A DNA stretch of 52,442 nt from Octopus bimaculoides. Lineage: Eukaryota. Every line of letters starts with the position of its first letter. Position 1 is the stretch's first letter. Below the pieces are notes generated by a model. The model saw only the letters and a program-made list of their open reading frames with translations. It made no database searches and was not told the origin of the DNA. The stretch lies in contig NC_068989.1 in the NCBI RefSeq assembly GCF_001194135.2, positions 36,114,156-36,166,597 of the forward strand, given 5' to 3'. Below, piece after piece: positions 1 to 13,741 of the stretch. Made by a program: the position numbers and the translations under genes.

Positions 1-47
<47 letters not shown>

Positions 48-430
48 ATGTGTGTGTGTGTGTATGTGTGTGTCCGTGTGTGTGTGTGTATGTGTGTGTC
101 CGTGTCTGTGTACATATATGCATACATACACACAAACGTACAAACATACACAAAAATACATATACATTAATGAGCACACACAGATAAGAGTAAGCAATGT
201 TACACGCAGTCATACACACAGACACCACACACATGTACATATATATACATGCATACACATTGATGTATGCGCGCATACTCACCCGTCCACATAACAGTGA
301 CAATGTGATACACAGCCACTCATACATAAACACACCCACACATACGTATAGACACAACTACACATACACAGTTACACATACAAAACCTCAGACACACGTA
401 CACAGACATGCACGCGCATACATCTAAGTT
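1..430. repeat. Compound (TA)n/(TG)n/(CA)n microsatellite
   Basis: Directly visible dinucleotide runs and their degenerate continuation. Confidence 0.9.
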
Positions 431-699
431 AATGTAACAAAAGAACGAGGGATTATTTCACTCAGTAGGGCTCACTTTACAGTGTTGTGGTTTAAACACG
501 GTGAACAATTATATTTCTTAAATAAAAGAGGTGTTTTTGTTGGCGGTAGTGTTGTATGTGGTTGCGCGCACGCCTATATATGTGTATCCGTGTGTGATTG
601 CCAGTGCGCCTGTATGTGTGTATACATACGTCTGTGTGTATTTATCTGAAAAATCATCTACTTTCACAATCCATTCTCTCCGTATATCATCGATACCGA

Positions 700-3120
700 C
701 TCGTTCATCTTCAATTAATGGTTTCCATTTCAGGCATAAAGCCAGTAAAGTTTCAGGGAAGGGCGTAATCGATTACATCAACCCCAATGCTTAACTGGTA
801 TAATATTTTATCGATGATTTCAGTTGAAATTATAAGTGAAGTTGATCTCGGCGGGATTTGAACTCAGACTATAAAGACCTAGAAGAAATGCTGTATTTAT
901 TTTTCTTCGCCCTAATGATTCTGCTGACTCACTGTCTTAGTAATCCTTTCTGATTTTGGTACAAGGCCAGTAGTTTTTAGGGGATGGATCTAGACGATTA
1001 CATCAACCCTAGTACTACCTGTTTATCGACTCCGAAACGATGAAAGACAAAGTCGACCTCGACAGCGTTTCAATTCAGAATATAAAAGAGCCAGAAAACA
1101 ATGCCAGTCAGTATTTTCTTCGACCGCTAACGATTCTGCAAGCTTCATACTTTAATAGTAATAACGGTTTCAAATTTTGACACATGGCCAGCAATTTCGG
1201 GAAAGTGGGTAAGTCAATTACATTGACCCCAGTGTTTAACAGGTACTTATTTTATCGACCTCGAAAGAATGAAAGGCAAGTTGACGTCGGCGACATTCAA
1301 ACTCAGAACATAAAGACAGATAAAATGCTGCGAAGCATTTTGCCCGGCGTGCTAACGACTCTGCCAGCTCACCACCTTTATAGGCACAAAGCCTGAAACT
1401 TTGAGGGAAGGGGCTAGTCGATTTCATCGACCCCAGTGCGTGATTATTTCATCGACCACGAAAGGATGAAAGGCAAAGTCGACCTCGGTGGAATTTGAAC
1501 TCAGAACGTAAGGTCGGACGAAATGCCGTTAAGCATTTTGCTCGGCATGCTAACGATTCTTATTTCTTTATTGCCCACAAGGGGATGGGACAAACAAGGA
1601 AAGACAAAGGGATTAAGTCGATTACATCGGCCCCAGTGTGTAACTGGTACTTGATTTATCGACACCGAGAGGATGAAAGGCAAAGTCGACCTTGGCGGAA
1701 TTTGAACTAAGAACGTAACGGCAGACGAAATACCGCTAAGCATTTCGCCCGGCGTGCTAACGTTTCTTCCAGCTCGTCGCCTTAATGATAATAATCAAAA
1801 TTATTTCGAACGAATGGCATTTAGCACATCCAACCTAAATTGGTTGTGTTTTTTGGAGTGCCTTAAACTGTTGTATATGTCATGAGATGTCGTCTTGTGT
1901 TGACGATACGTGCTAATTAATCACCGATTATATTGGTTGATGAAATGATTGCTTGCACTGGTGGATGGCACTACCGTGACACGTAATTTCACCGTTCTGC
2001 AGATCATCAGGGATAGCCAACCTTGCACCGAATGCCAAAACTAAAAATCAGGCGAACCGATATAGCATTATATGGCTAAATTACTTCCAATTTTGGCTCA
2101 AGGTCAGCAATTTGAAGGAAGAGTTTACTTGATTACATCGAGTTCACTATTTGACTGATACACTATTTTATCGTTCCCCTAAAAGATGAAAGGCAAAGTT
2201 GACCTCGATGGGATTTTAAACCCAGAATGTAAATCAGTGGTTCTCAACTGGCGTCCATATAACCCTTGGGGGGTCCATATAAGATTTTGTAGTTAAAATT
2301 TATCTGTAGTAAATTGGTTATACTTCTACAATGCTCAAAATATTTTAACAACTTTCTATGTAATTCTTAATAATATTTAATTATAAAAATATGAAGAGAT
2401 TTTATTAAAACTCCAAATGACTATAGAGGTTCATCAGAGTAAAATAGAAATCAAAAGGATCCACAGGCTAAAAATGGTTGAGAAACACTGATCTAAATAG
2501 TCAGAACAAATACTGCAACGCATTCTGGCGATGCGCTAACGATTCTGCCAGTTCTCCGACTTAAATGGTTTCAAATTTTAACACCAGGTCATAACTTTTG
2601 AGGGAGAAATTTAGTGGCAACCGTCGACCCCTGTATTTGACTTGTATTCTATTTTTACCAGCCCCAAAAGGATGAGGCAATATTGATCTCGGCAATATTT
2701 GAACTCAGAATGTAAAGGGCCAGAAAAAATACAGCAAAGTATTTTGTCCAACGTGCTAACGATTCTGCCAGCACGCCGTCTTAATAATTTTAATTTTGAC
2801 TCAAGGCTAGCAATTTTGAGAGGAGGGGGATAGTCTATTATATCCCCTCTCCCCAGTGCTTAACTGTTACTTATTTAATCCACCCCAAAAGGATCGAAAC
2901 ATTTTGTCTGACGGTCTGGTTTCTAATTAAGGTACAAAGCTAGAAATACGGAGAGAAGGGATCAGAGGATAAGTTGATGCTGAGGTTGATATGCCCTCAG
3001 TGCTTGACTGGTATTGTTTTTTTTAGAATCCGAAAGAATGAAAACTAAAGTCGACCTTAGCGGAATTTGAATGTGAAGGACCGTAAATACCACAAGGCAA
3101 AATTTTGTTGGATGACTATC
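700..3120 (-). mobile_element. Head-to-tail stack of about 9 tRNA-derived SINE copies (family A)
   Basis: Repeated blocks of gtcgattacatcgaccccag...aaaggcaaagtcgacctcggcggaatttgaactcagaac. The minus-strand head GGCGACGAGCTGGAAGAAACGTTAGC and B-box-like GTTCAAATTCC are clearest at 1560-1783. Copy boundaries are approximate. Confidence 0.85.
2235..2490. mobile_element. hAT (Charlie-like) MITE inserted in a SINE
   Basis: TIRs CAGTGGTTCTCAAC / GTTGAGAAACACTG; 8-bp TSD atgtaaat / atctaaat (1 mismatch). The interior resembles 51366-51663 in opposite orientation. Confidence 0.85.
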
Positions 3121-4191
3121 ATGAGAATCTATCAAAGTTACAGTAAATGGGGAGGAGAAAAGCAGATTTGAAAGTAATGCGGGAATAAGTAGAGGGTAAC
3201 AAGGGGCACATTGGTTAAGAAAATGGAGGACGAAGGGAAAGATATTTACAGGAAATCACCACCACCACCATACTAAAAACTACTACTACTACTACTACTA
3301 CAAACATTATAAAAAACATAAAAGACAAAAGTAAAGGAGTCGTCGAATTTTGATTAGAAAAATGCTAGGACCACCCCTTCATAAGTGGTTACTACTTCAG
3401 ATATCACCATCTTTCAATTGCAATCTCTTACCAAAACCAACATCTCCAGCTTCACCTATCCCACCACACTCCTCTATATCTACTATTACTACTACTAAAG
3501 AGCCTTGCGTGCATAGTCGCTCAACTTAGTAGAAAAGGCAGTAAAATTCTCTCAAATCGTACTCTGCCGTCTAAAAAATAAAACAAAAATCACGGACACG
3601 TAACTAACAAACACACAAAGACGAGATGCCATGATTTGATCAGAGGTTCACTCAGTTAAGAGGTTTGGCCAGGCACCTACACAACATCAACAAAAACAAC
3701 AATGGTGTTCCCCTCAATTCGTCACAATCCACCTCCGGCTTCCTTACTCCATTTGTTTTTTTTTTTCCTTTTTTTTGTTCGGAAAACTTTCCCTCCCTAC
3801 TCCTACCCCTACTCCGTTATGTGTTTGTTTAATTCTGTCCTTCCTTTCCCTCGCACTCCTCTCTCTTCCACCCTATTTCATTTTGCTCTAACCACTGTTT
3901 CCACTTTAATTCCTCATCTCGTTGCCAGCCGCTCATCGTTCTTCCTCTACCGTTCCTCTCATTCCAGTGGAAATTTAGCCATCAATAATCAGTATCTATA
4001 CTAAAAAGTTTATGTATGTATGTATGTATGTATATANNNNNNNNNNNNNNNNNNNNNNNNNNNNNNNNNNNNNNNNNNNNNNNNNNNNNNNNNNNNNNNN
4101 NNNNNNNNNNNNNNNNNNNNNNNNNNNNNNNNNNNNNNNNNNNNNNNNNNNNNNNNNNNNNNNNNNNNNNATATATATATATATATAAAAG

Positions 4192-4519
4192 AAAGGACCC
4201 CCCCTTCGGTCGTGAATGACCATGAGATTGCACTTAGAAAGTTACCATCCGAGGTACAACTCCAGGCAAGGTTGTTTATGGAAGACCAGCAGTCGCCCAT
4301 GCATACCAGCTTCCCCTCTCCACGCCACCGATGTTATCCACGGGAAAAGCAAGGGCCGATACAGCTTGGTGCAACTCATTTATACAGTTGAGTGAACTGG
4401 AGCAACGTGAAATAAAGTGTTTTGTTCAAGAACACAACACGCACCCCGGTCTGGGAATCGAACTCACTACCTCATGATTGTAAACCTGACTCTCTAGCCA
4501 CTGAGCCATGCGCTTTCAC
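4192..4519 (-). mobile_element. tRNA-derived SINE (family C)
   Basis: Minus-strand head GTGAAAGCGCATGGCTCAGTGG (A box) ... GAGTTCGATTCCC (B box), then TTGTGTTCTTGAACAAAACACTT. Second copy at 39083-39415. Confidence 0.8.
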
Positions 4520-4639
4520 GCACGCATGCACGCACACACACACACACACATATAATATATATATATATATATATATAATGCTAATGATATATGAGCATAT
4601 GCATGTACACATACATATATGTACATACCTACATCTACA

Positions 4640-4830
4640 TGTATATATAGATGCATATCCGGGTACAGGACGTCAAAAAAGGAACGGGAACATAAATAAA
4701 GCACAAAAACGGACTTTTTTTTACGGACAACAGAATGAACACATAGGAAAACAGACGAGTCACTTATGGAACTTTTCCTTCATCAGCTGCCTCTATTCTA
4801 AACTAGGCGTTTCGAATGCGGATGATGCAA
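4640..4830 (-). repeat. Short interspersed repeat with CGAAACGC...CTGATGAAGGAA motif (Penelope-terminus-like)
   Basis: Reverse complement aligns by eye with 19890-20005 (ttcgaaacgc.tagtt.tagaat...gcagc.gatgaaggaa...acgtcctgtaccc). Confidence 0.55.
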
Positions 4831-5209
4831 ATAAACAAATGAAATTGCGTGGGCTAGATATAGTTTGGAACCATCCCTTAACCACTATTGTTCCTAGGAC
4901 TGCTATATCCCGGGGTGGTACCAGTGGTCAGTGTGCCTGTTATGGGTTAATTAGTATATTGTAGTTTGTCTACCCATGCATGTGAAGACTGTATTCGGCG
5001 GACTCTGCAGGAGAAACTTTCATGGTTCAACGAAAAAGGGAAGCAACAGCAGCAACGCATTGAAGGAGTTCAGTGAGCAAGAAGAGGAGGCAAGTAAGAC
5101 GACTTTGTCATCCACTGAATCCGTCGCCAATCAATTTGACCTGGTTTTGCCACTGGATTAAAGATGGCCACGAACGAGTAAGTGAAGTTGATGGTGCGCA
5201 ATTCTTCAT

Positions 5210-5535
5210 CACTTTCATGATGATGATGATGACGATGATCCTGTAGTGTCTGTTGGTTATGTTGCTTGTTGTGTTGATGGCGATGGTTACGATGATGATT
5301 GGGAGGAGGAGGAGGTGGTGGATGTTGATGATGATGACGATGATCTTGCAGTGGCTTTTGTTTATGTTGTTGTTGATGATGCTGATGATATTGTAGTGCT
5401 GCTGTTGTTATTATAGTTGTTCAGGATGGAGATGATGATGATGATGATGGTGATGTAGTGAATGCTGTTTATGATGACAACGACGACGACGAGGAGGCAT
5501 TTTATGATGACGACGATGACGAATATGATCAGGAT
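5210..5535. repeat. Degenerate (GAT/GTT/GAC)n trinucleotide tract
   Basis: Directly visible. Confidence 0.85.
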
Positions 5536-5784
5536 GTTTAGTCCTAGGTCAACTCTCAGTGACTTGACCAATGACCAAAAAATTTCCTGCCATGACCATC
5601 TCCACTATTTTAGAGAGAAATAGGATAATATGACGTAATATGATCCTTATTTGCAATAAAACGGTATGGAGCGACTTGAAGAGAGATTTAGTCGCTATTT
5701 CTAACAGATCGAAAGACACCGTTGTAACGTCGTCCTCCCCCCTCCCCCCCCCAAATGTTATGATTTAACGATATATCCTTTATC

Positions 5785-6195
5785 TTTTACTTGTTTCAGT
5801 CACTTGACTGTGGTCATGCTAGGAACCGCCTTGAAGGGTTTTAGTCGAACAAATCGACCCCAGGGCTTACTTTTTAAAAGTCTAGTACTTATTCTGTCGG
5901 TCTCATTTGCTGAACCACTAAGTTACGGTGACGTTATCACACCAACACTGGCTGTCAAGCGGTGAGGAGAGGTCAAACACAGATACAAAGACACACACAC
6001 ACAATATATATATATACATATATATATATATACACACACACACAACAGGCTTTTTTCAGTTTCCATCTATTGAATCCAAAACACAAGGCTTTAGTCGGTC
6101 CGAGGCTATAGTAGAAGATACTTGCCCAAGGTGGTACACACTGAAGCTGAACCCGGAACCATGTCATTGGAAAGCAAGCTTCTCACCACATACAT
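5785..6195 (-). mobile_element. tRNA-derived SINE (family B)
   Basis: Reverse complement of the family-B copies at 31369 and 44317, sharing the GGTTCCGGGTTCAG and CAAGTATCTTCTACTATAGCCTCGG blocks and the tail ...gactgaaacaagtaaaag. Confidence 0.8.
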
Positions 6196-6270
6196 AGATA
6201 GATAACTGGATGGATACACACACATATATATACATGCATATAGACATGGACACACACATAAATACGTTAC

Positions 6271-6308
<38 letters not shown>

Positions 6309-6614
6309 NNNNNNNNNNNNNNNNNNNNNNNNNNNNNNNNNNNNNNNNNNNNNNNNNNNNNNNNNNNNNNNNNNNNNNNNNNNNNNNNNNNNNNNNNNNN
6401 NNNNNNNNNNNNNNNNNNNNNNNNNNNNNNNNNNNNNNNNNNNNNNNNNNNNNNNNNNNNNNNNNNNNNNNNNNNNNNNNNNNNNNNNNNNNNNNNNNNN
6501 NNNNNNNNNNNNNNNNNNNNNNNNNNNNNNNNNNNNNNNNNNNNNNNNNNNNNNNNNNNNNNNNNNNNNNNNNNNNNNNNNNNNNNNNNNNNNNNNNNNN
6601 NNNNNNNNNNNNNN

Positions 6615-6658
<44 letters not shown>

Positions 6659-7987
6659 CACACACACACTGTGCTTTATCGTCAACATTTCAATTGCTAT
6701 TTTGATATTTGCAGCTGAGCTGAACTGTCTCACTACCAGACATTTCAGTTTGGGGTTTCATTACAAGAAATTTATCTGGAAATCCTTAAAAACATAAGTG
6801 CTGCTTTGATGACTGGTTTACAACCCATAAACTGATCATATTTCTACACATTTATTTTCTTGTTCAAATTTTCTATTCTACATGAAATATGTAATAATGA
6901 TTGTTTCAGTTATTCTATAGTAATATCCTGCCAACATCTATCTCTTTTTCCTGTAATATATAGGGATTGAATAACGTACGCCCAACAGGGTTGCTGTCAT
7001 AACTTCAAATATCCGCAGAGAACGCAGCAAAAAATTCAATGGGCCCCTCATTTTAACAACGTAAAAATTTTTTAAAAACTATAGAAATGGGGTGCTTCTT
7101 TTTCTTTGCAGTTCACTTTCGCCAAAGCAGCATCCTCAGCTCATATATCTTAATTCAGCTATACATATATGTGTGCGTGTGTATGTGTGTCCGTGTGTGT
7201 GTGTCCGTGTGTGTGTCTGTGTGTGTGTGTATGTATGTGTGTATGTATGTATACACACATATATANNNNNNNNNNNNNNNNNNNNNNNNNNNNNNNNNNN
7301 NNNNNNNNNNNNNNNNNNNNNNNNNNNNNNNNNNNNNNNNNNNNNNNNNNNNNNNNNNNNNNNNNNNNNNNNNNNNNNNNNNNNNNNNNNNNNNNNNNNN
7401 NNNNNNATATATATATATATATACATATATGATTATACATATATATATGAAATTAGAAATATTGCATTTCTAAATCTCTCAGAGTGAGTTATGCAGTAAC
7501 AGCACGATAATGTGATGGCTTGTTGCCAACTTAATGTGGCAGACCCAGGAAACGGAAGAATGCTATTGCTATTTAGCCCCAAGAAACGCCGTTTCTAGTT
7601 GGCTTCGTGACACAACAGTGCAATGGCAAAAGAACTTGCTATTGCAGGCAAAAATGAATATTGAAAAAAACGCATTTGGCCAAATTTGGACACACGACAG
7701 TTTAACATAATCGCAACGATATATATATAGTAATTATTTGGACTTTGAGTATTTGTCTATTAGTATGCTGATTAAAGCACATGCTACCCACGTAATACGA
7801 GAGAGTAAAACATGTAGTAGAATGTCTTATATCAAACACTTGAGGCCACACAGACTGCACTGATTGATGCACCACAACTAGATGCACAATATCATACCCG
7901 TAAGGTACAGCTGCAGGATGAGTCGAAACGAACGTGGCGTTGAATAAAAATTTGTACCAAATCTATTTTCCATTTCCTTCATGAGTT

Positions 7988-8043
<56 letters not shown>

Positions 8044-8538
8044 TGATGATGATGATGATGATGATAATAATAATAAGTGACAACAAAAGAATGAAACCTC
8101 GATATCAGGTAAATAGAGGATTATTTATATATGTATAGTTTAGGACAATCAGTAAGTTGTCATTATAGTACTCAGAGTTTCAAATGCCGAAGTGAAGAGC
8201 TCGATGCATTCTCGTCGGCTATTTATGACAATAGACGCTATGAAAGACCGTTGAATAAAAGAGAAGTTACTCTAATAGGTAGGAAAAAAAACATATAAGA
8301 TAAAAATATACGCAGCTATATTCTCACAATACATAGACATAAAACCTCTTGCGTTCATAACGTCTACACACGTGCACACTCACACAGACATGTATATGTA
8401 CATGCACATACACACACAAACATATATGTATATGTACATACTCATACATATACACATATCAACACACACACACGTATGTATATGTGCACGCAACTTCATC
8501 CTCATATATTTGTAGACATTTATACATATATATATACG

Positions 8539-8623
<85 letters not shown>

Positions 8624-8984
8624 GCACACATTCACGCTCCCGCATATACGTATATGCATATATGTACACATGTACATACATATATATACATACATACATC
8701 CTCCTATCACACACCTACACCCGCACATATACAAGCATATGCATATCCGTATAAATGAAGGGGACGTGTGCATGAAAGTTGCACTTGTGCCCCGGACACA
8801 GTCCTACAGTCATATACATATATACACGCATACACATATATACACACGCACATACATATGCATTTGATATATACATACATATACATATACTCACACACGT
8901 ACACATTCACACAATTAAAAAAGAAAAAATGAATAAATATATATATATAAATATAAAAGGGGTAAAGTCATATGGAAAGCTTGT

Positions 8985-9790
8985 GCAGGAACATAGTAAA
9001 AATGCGGATTCTATCCGTGATCATTGGGGTTGTAGAATTTACGGTGGCTTCATAAATAATGACTTCGGTTATACAGGCTCCATTTAGCGGGCACAAGTCT
9101 TTATCCCTGCAGGAACAGTCAGCTTCGTGTTGTTGTTTTGCGTTGTGTGCAATTATGTTTTTAAAATTTGGGGTTGAACTAAAACTAGTTTTTAGGTTAT
9201 GCCTATTTAAGAGCTTCTTATAATTATGATTGATTGGAAAATGCCTATCTATAAGTGATAAGAAATATCTACCTATATTAAGGGTCACTTCGAGGGAGTA
9301 AGGGGATGTGAACCAGATAATTTTCCTATGTCTATGTTTTCTTTTCTTTATTTTTGGCCTAATAGCAGATGTGTAAGCTATTTCCTCTTTAAATCCACTA
9401 GCTTTAAGGGCATTGTTATATAGTGGGGCAGTATGATTATATATGTTTATATTGGGGAGAGGCTAGAAATTCTCCAACTAATATTCTTAACTAAGTTTTA
9501 AACACTATGGGGGTGAGTGGCAAGAACCTACATTAATATAACTAAGTCTATCGTGGGCTTTCTATAGGGTTTGTATTTATACTTTTGTCAATCCAGAGAT
9601 GCGACAAGAAAATTGACAACCGTCAGGTTGGTATCTATTGTTATGCTAAGATCGAATGTTTTCATAAGATGGATAATATCCTTCCTTAACCGATCTTGCA
9701 CTGGTCCATTGGTATTCTTAGCTAAAACTAGAGTATCATCCCTATATAACACGGTATTGATTGTGTAATTAATTGTATAATCTGGTCTAG
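8985..9790 (-). mobile_element. Penelope-like retroelement fragment (RT C-terminal half plus GIY-YIG linker), decayed
   Basis: Minus strand reads TVLYRDDTLVLAKNTNGPVQDRLRKDIIHLMKTFDLSITIDTNLTVVNFLVASLD*QKYKYKPYRKP, then NIGRYFLSLIDRHFP..HNYKKLLNRHNLKTSFS..PN...CSCRDKDLCPLNGACITEVIIYEATV. The YRDD catalytic motif and C.C....CPL.G.C linker are typical of Penelope-like elements. Stops and frameshifts present. Confidence 0.85.
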
Positions 9791-10438
9791 TGTTTGTGTG
9801 TGTTCATTGGATGGCTTTTCGTATTTGGATAGTGTTTTGTTCTGACTTCTTCACGGGTTGTTTTGTTATTCTTCCGATGTGATGTTTGTATTTCTTGCTG
9901 TTGTAGAAGAAATGGTGTGTTATTAATTCCTTTAGGGTTTGTTGATGAGTAAGTGTTTTCTCTTCTTTTCGTGTATATGAGTGCGTGTGTGTTTATGATA
10001 TTAAATAAACTCTCTGAGAAAGCACTAATTATCAGGGATATGGTTAATAGATATATCTTTCATAACTGTTTCCAATAACCCATTCATAAATAACTTTCAA
10101 ATGTGTGGGATCCCGCCGTATGTGTGTGTGCCTCTATGGTTGTGTGCCTCTGTGTGTGTGTATACTTCTGTGTGTGTGTTCGTGTGCGTGCGTATATGTG
10201 TGTGTGTGTTCGTTTGTATTTGTGTGTGTTTGTCCCCACCTCACTGCCTGACACACAGTGTTGGTTTGCTTTCGCCCCCGGTTAGGCAAAAGAGAACAAG
10301 TGAAAGAACCAGATTTCTAAATAAGAACTGGAGTCTTTTTGGTCGACTAAACCTTCTACATTGGTACCCCTACATAGCGAAAGTCGAAAGATTGAAAGAA
10401 GTAAAACAAAAGGTATTTACATAGATGCATATGTAAAT

Positions 10439-10520
<82 letters not shown>

Positions 10521-10661
10521 ATCAAAGGTGCAGAAACGACATACTCCGAAGGAATTTAAAGGTAATGCAGTTCAAGGAAAGAGTATGAAAATCTATGAAT
10601 CAGGTACTCCAAATCAGACGGAAGGACGTAGAGGGTCCTTGTGAGCATTCGGTAAATAGTT

Positions 10662-10923
10662 GATTCAAATAAACGAAAACTAAAATTAACAATAACAGAC
10701 TACAAGAGGACGAACACAAAGAATGTATTAGTTTGACGCTCAGTAAAAGCTAGCGATTTCTTTTCCTTCTTTGCACTTTTCCCTTTCACGTTTCTAACAA
10801 ATGGCTATGCTCGAAACGTCAGAAACTCCCACTTTTTGCTGAGCGTCAAACGAATGCATTCCTTATGCACGTCCTCCTCTTGTTGCCTGTTATTGTTCAT
10901 TTTATTGTTCGTTTATTTGAATC
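10662..10923. mobile_element. Foldback element: about 82-85 bp imperfect inverted arms around a spacer with a degenerate hammerhead-like motif
   Basis: 10662-10743 is the imperfect reverse complement of 10839-10923. A related partial copy lies at 26845-26945. Confidence 0.75.
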
Positions 10924-11288
10924 GACAATGAGTGTGTGTGTGTGTGTGTGTGTGTAACATAGTATAATTATAAACATGACAATTTTTAGCCACTTCTCCG
11001 CATATACATGTGTACACACATATGTATGCATACATTCAAGATAATAGCATTACAGCATACATAAGTGTTTAAATGTGTTTGCACATCTCAAGAGAAGCCG
11101 TAATTTCTGTTTACATCAACGTCTAACATGTATGTATGTATATACATACATACATACATACATACATACATACATACATGCATGCATGCATGTATGTACA
11201 CGCGCGCGCGCACAGAGGGAGTGAGAGAGAGAGAGTTTGATAATATAATATACATATATACAATATATAATACACACACACACACACA

Positions 11289-11334
<46 letters not shown>

Positions 11335-12041
11335 TATATATAATGTATACATGTGAGACATGATATATATTCGATGTATATATATATGTATAAAATATAT
11401 ATTTGATATTTATTATACATATATATGTGTGTGTGTGTGTGTGTATGTCTGTAGTTATGTATGTTTGTATGTATGTATGCATGTATGTATGTATGTATGT
11501 ATATGGTTGAAGACAGCAGGCCAACATTAAAAACAACGAATGTGCAATATTTAGTTTTGCCCTGCGTTAATAGTTGTTAGTTGTTGATATAAATATAAAT
11601 ATATTCTTCCCACGAGATGTAAAAACACTTCACAGTTTGTTTGTACGGTAAAGTCAATATTCTGAATAAAAGGGTACATATTCTACATTTTAATGTATTG
11701 AGCCTTCTGTTGAACAATAGAATCCTTGATATTTTTATCGGAAAGAAAAAGAAAATACAGATATACATGAAAAATTATAGCCATCACTTGTAACCGATTA
11801 AGACGTGGTAGTAAGCGTTAGGCTTTTGTTCATTGTTTTGAGTGCCTATGTAGAGATGTGTGGGCATAAATATCCTTTTAGTTGATACATGCTCTTTGGT
11901 GTCGTGAAAGTAAATTGCGCCGGAAGTGACGAGAGTGACACCCCATAATTTCATAAAACCAGGGATCATTTAATTCAATCAGAATTTGATAGGTAAATAT
12001 TTCCATTCTTTGTAACGGCTACTAGTCATTTTTATTTGGTG

Positions 12042-12102
12042 CAGGCCTGGTTGTGTGGTAAGAAGTTTTGCTTCCCAACCACATGGTTCTGGGTTCAGTC
12101 CC
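12042..12102 (+). mobile_element. Family-B SINE head fragment
   Basis: gcaggcctggttgtgtggtaagaagttttgcttcccaaccacatggttctgggttcagtccca matches the head at 31369. Confidence 0.7.
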
Positions 12103-12136
12103 ACATACACACATACACACATACATACACATAGAT

Positions 12137-12199
<63 letters not shown>

Positions 12200-12368
12200 N
12201 NNNNNNNNNNNNNNNNNNNNNNNNNNNNNNNNNNNNNNNNNNNNNNNNNNNNNNNNNNNNNNNNNNNNNNNNNNNNNNNNNNNNNNNNNNNNNNNNNNNN
12301 NNNNNNNNNNNNNNNNNNNNNNNNNNNNNNNNNNNNNNNNNNNNNNNNNNNNNNNNNNNNNNNNNNNN

Positions 12369-12403
<35 letters not shown>

Positions 12404-12450
12404 AAGAGAGAGAGAAATAGATAGATAGATAGATAAACAATGCACACACT

Positions 12451-12482
<32 letters not shown>

Positions 12483-13277
12483 CATATATACATATTTCAC
12501 ACAAAAGTTGTTTTGCTGTTGTTATATAGCCCCAGATAAGCTGATTAACGATGAAAGGTCTTCTATTCGAGACCATTCCATCTTTTGTTCAAACACTGTA
12601 GCTCTGCTTACATTAAGCAGTGTATCTTGTATATTTTAAAGACAATAGTGTGTGACTTGTGGGAGAATTTGCTACTATTTCTAACATCATGAGTGACAAC
12701 GTAGAAGCTGTATTAATGGCTAGGACCTACATGTGATGTGAGATTGTGTAAGAAGAAATGCTGAAAATCAATAAGGAATGGAGGAAAAGCTGAAAGCAAA
12801 TAAATTGAGCAAGAATCAAATATCAGGACTCCAAAAGTAGTTGAGATATTTTTCCTCTCTAAGGCCACAGCAACTTCCCTCTAATATAACGACTTTATTT
12901 TCAGAGGTTTAGATAAGATGTTTGAAATTCTCAGCTTCAAGACTGATTGCTTGTTTTGTACATAGAGGGAAAAAACTTGCATATTATACAGGGGTTATAA
13001 AAAAGCCAACATTTTCTTTTTCTCTAACAGACAGTTCGAAAAATAATCTATTATCGAAATTTTAATCGCTATGCAACTTTTAGCCCGCGGTGAAGTGCTT
13101 AGTGTAACATTCCACCACCATCCCCACCAGATTAGTCAGAAGAAGAGATTTATAGACCCTGCTGATCTCTTGTAATTCCTAAATTCTAATTCCTAAATGA
13201 ATGTTCTTAATTCTTAATCATGAAGATCTTTGATAATATTCACCAGGTGAATAAAGATAAAGAGGCTTTATATACAC

Positions 13278-13360
13278 CAGAGATCTTCAACCACCTGGCT
13301 GTGGACCAGTAAAGGGCCATGGAACATTTGGTCCTGGGCCACACAAAAAGAATAAATTTT
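13278..13360 (+). mobile_element. Probable hAT-Charlie terminal fragment
   Basis: cagagatcttcaacc...gtggaccagt...gggccacac resembles Charlie/MER1-type left ends (from memory); no matching right end seen. Confidence 0.4.
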
Positions 13361-13410
13361 AAAATTTATATTTCTATTTTAGAGACTATCGCAATCTGTA
13401 AAGTCTTTTT

Positions 13411-13712
13411 GCGTGGCTGTATAGAAAGCTTGCTTCCTAACATCATGGTTCCGGGTTCAGTCCCACTGCGTGGCACCTTATGCACGTGCCTTCTATTATA
13501 GCTTCGAGCCACCCCCATACATATTTGCATATGTGTGTATGTGTATGTCTTTGTATCCAGTTTGTCCGTCACCGTCACTGGACAACCGGTGTTGGTGTGT
13601 TTACGTCCCCGTAACTTAGCAGTTCTTCAAAGTAAATGGACAGAATAAGTGCCAGGCTTTAAATAAAAAAAGTACCGGAGTCGATTCGCGCTGCCTAGTG
13701 ACTGAAACAATT
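13411..13712 (+). mobile_element. tRNA-derived SINE (family B)
   Basis: Head GGTTCCGGGTTCAGTCCCACTGCGTGGCACC and body identical in layout to the 31369 copy. Confidence 0.8.
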
Positions 13713-13741
13713 AATATATATATATGTGTGTGTGTGTGTGT

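Noticed and set aside
4422-4964. 180-aa plus-strand ORF
   Set aside because: Chimera of antisense SINE, microsatellite and a short repeat.
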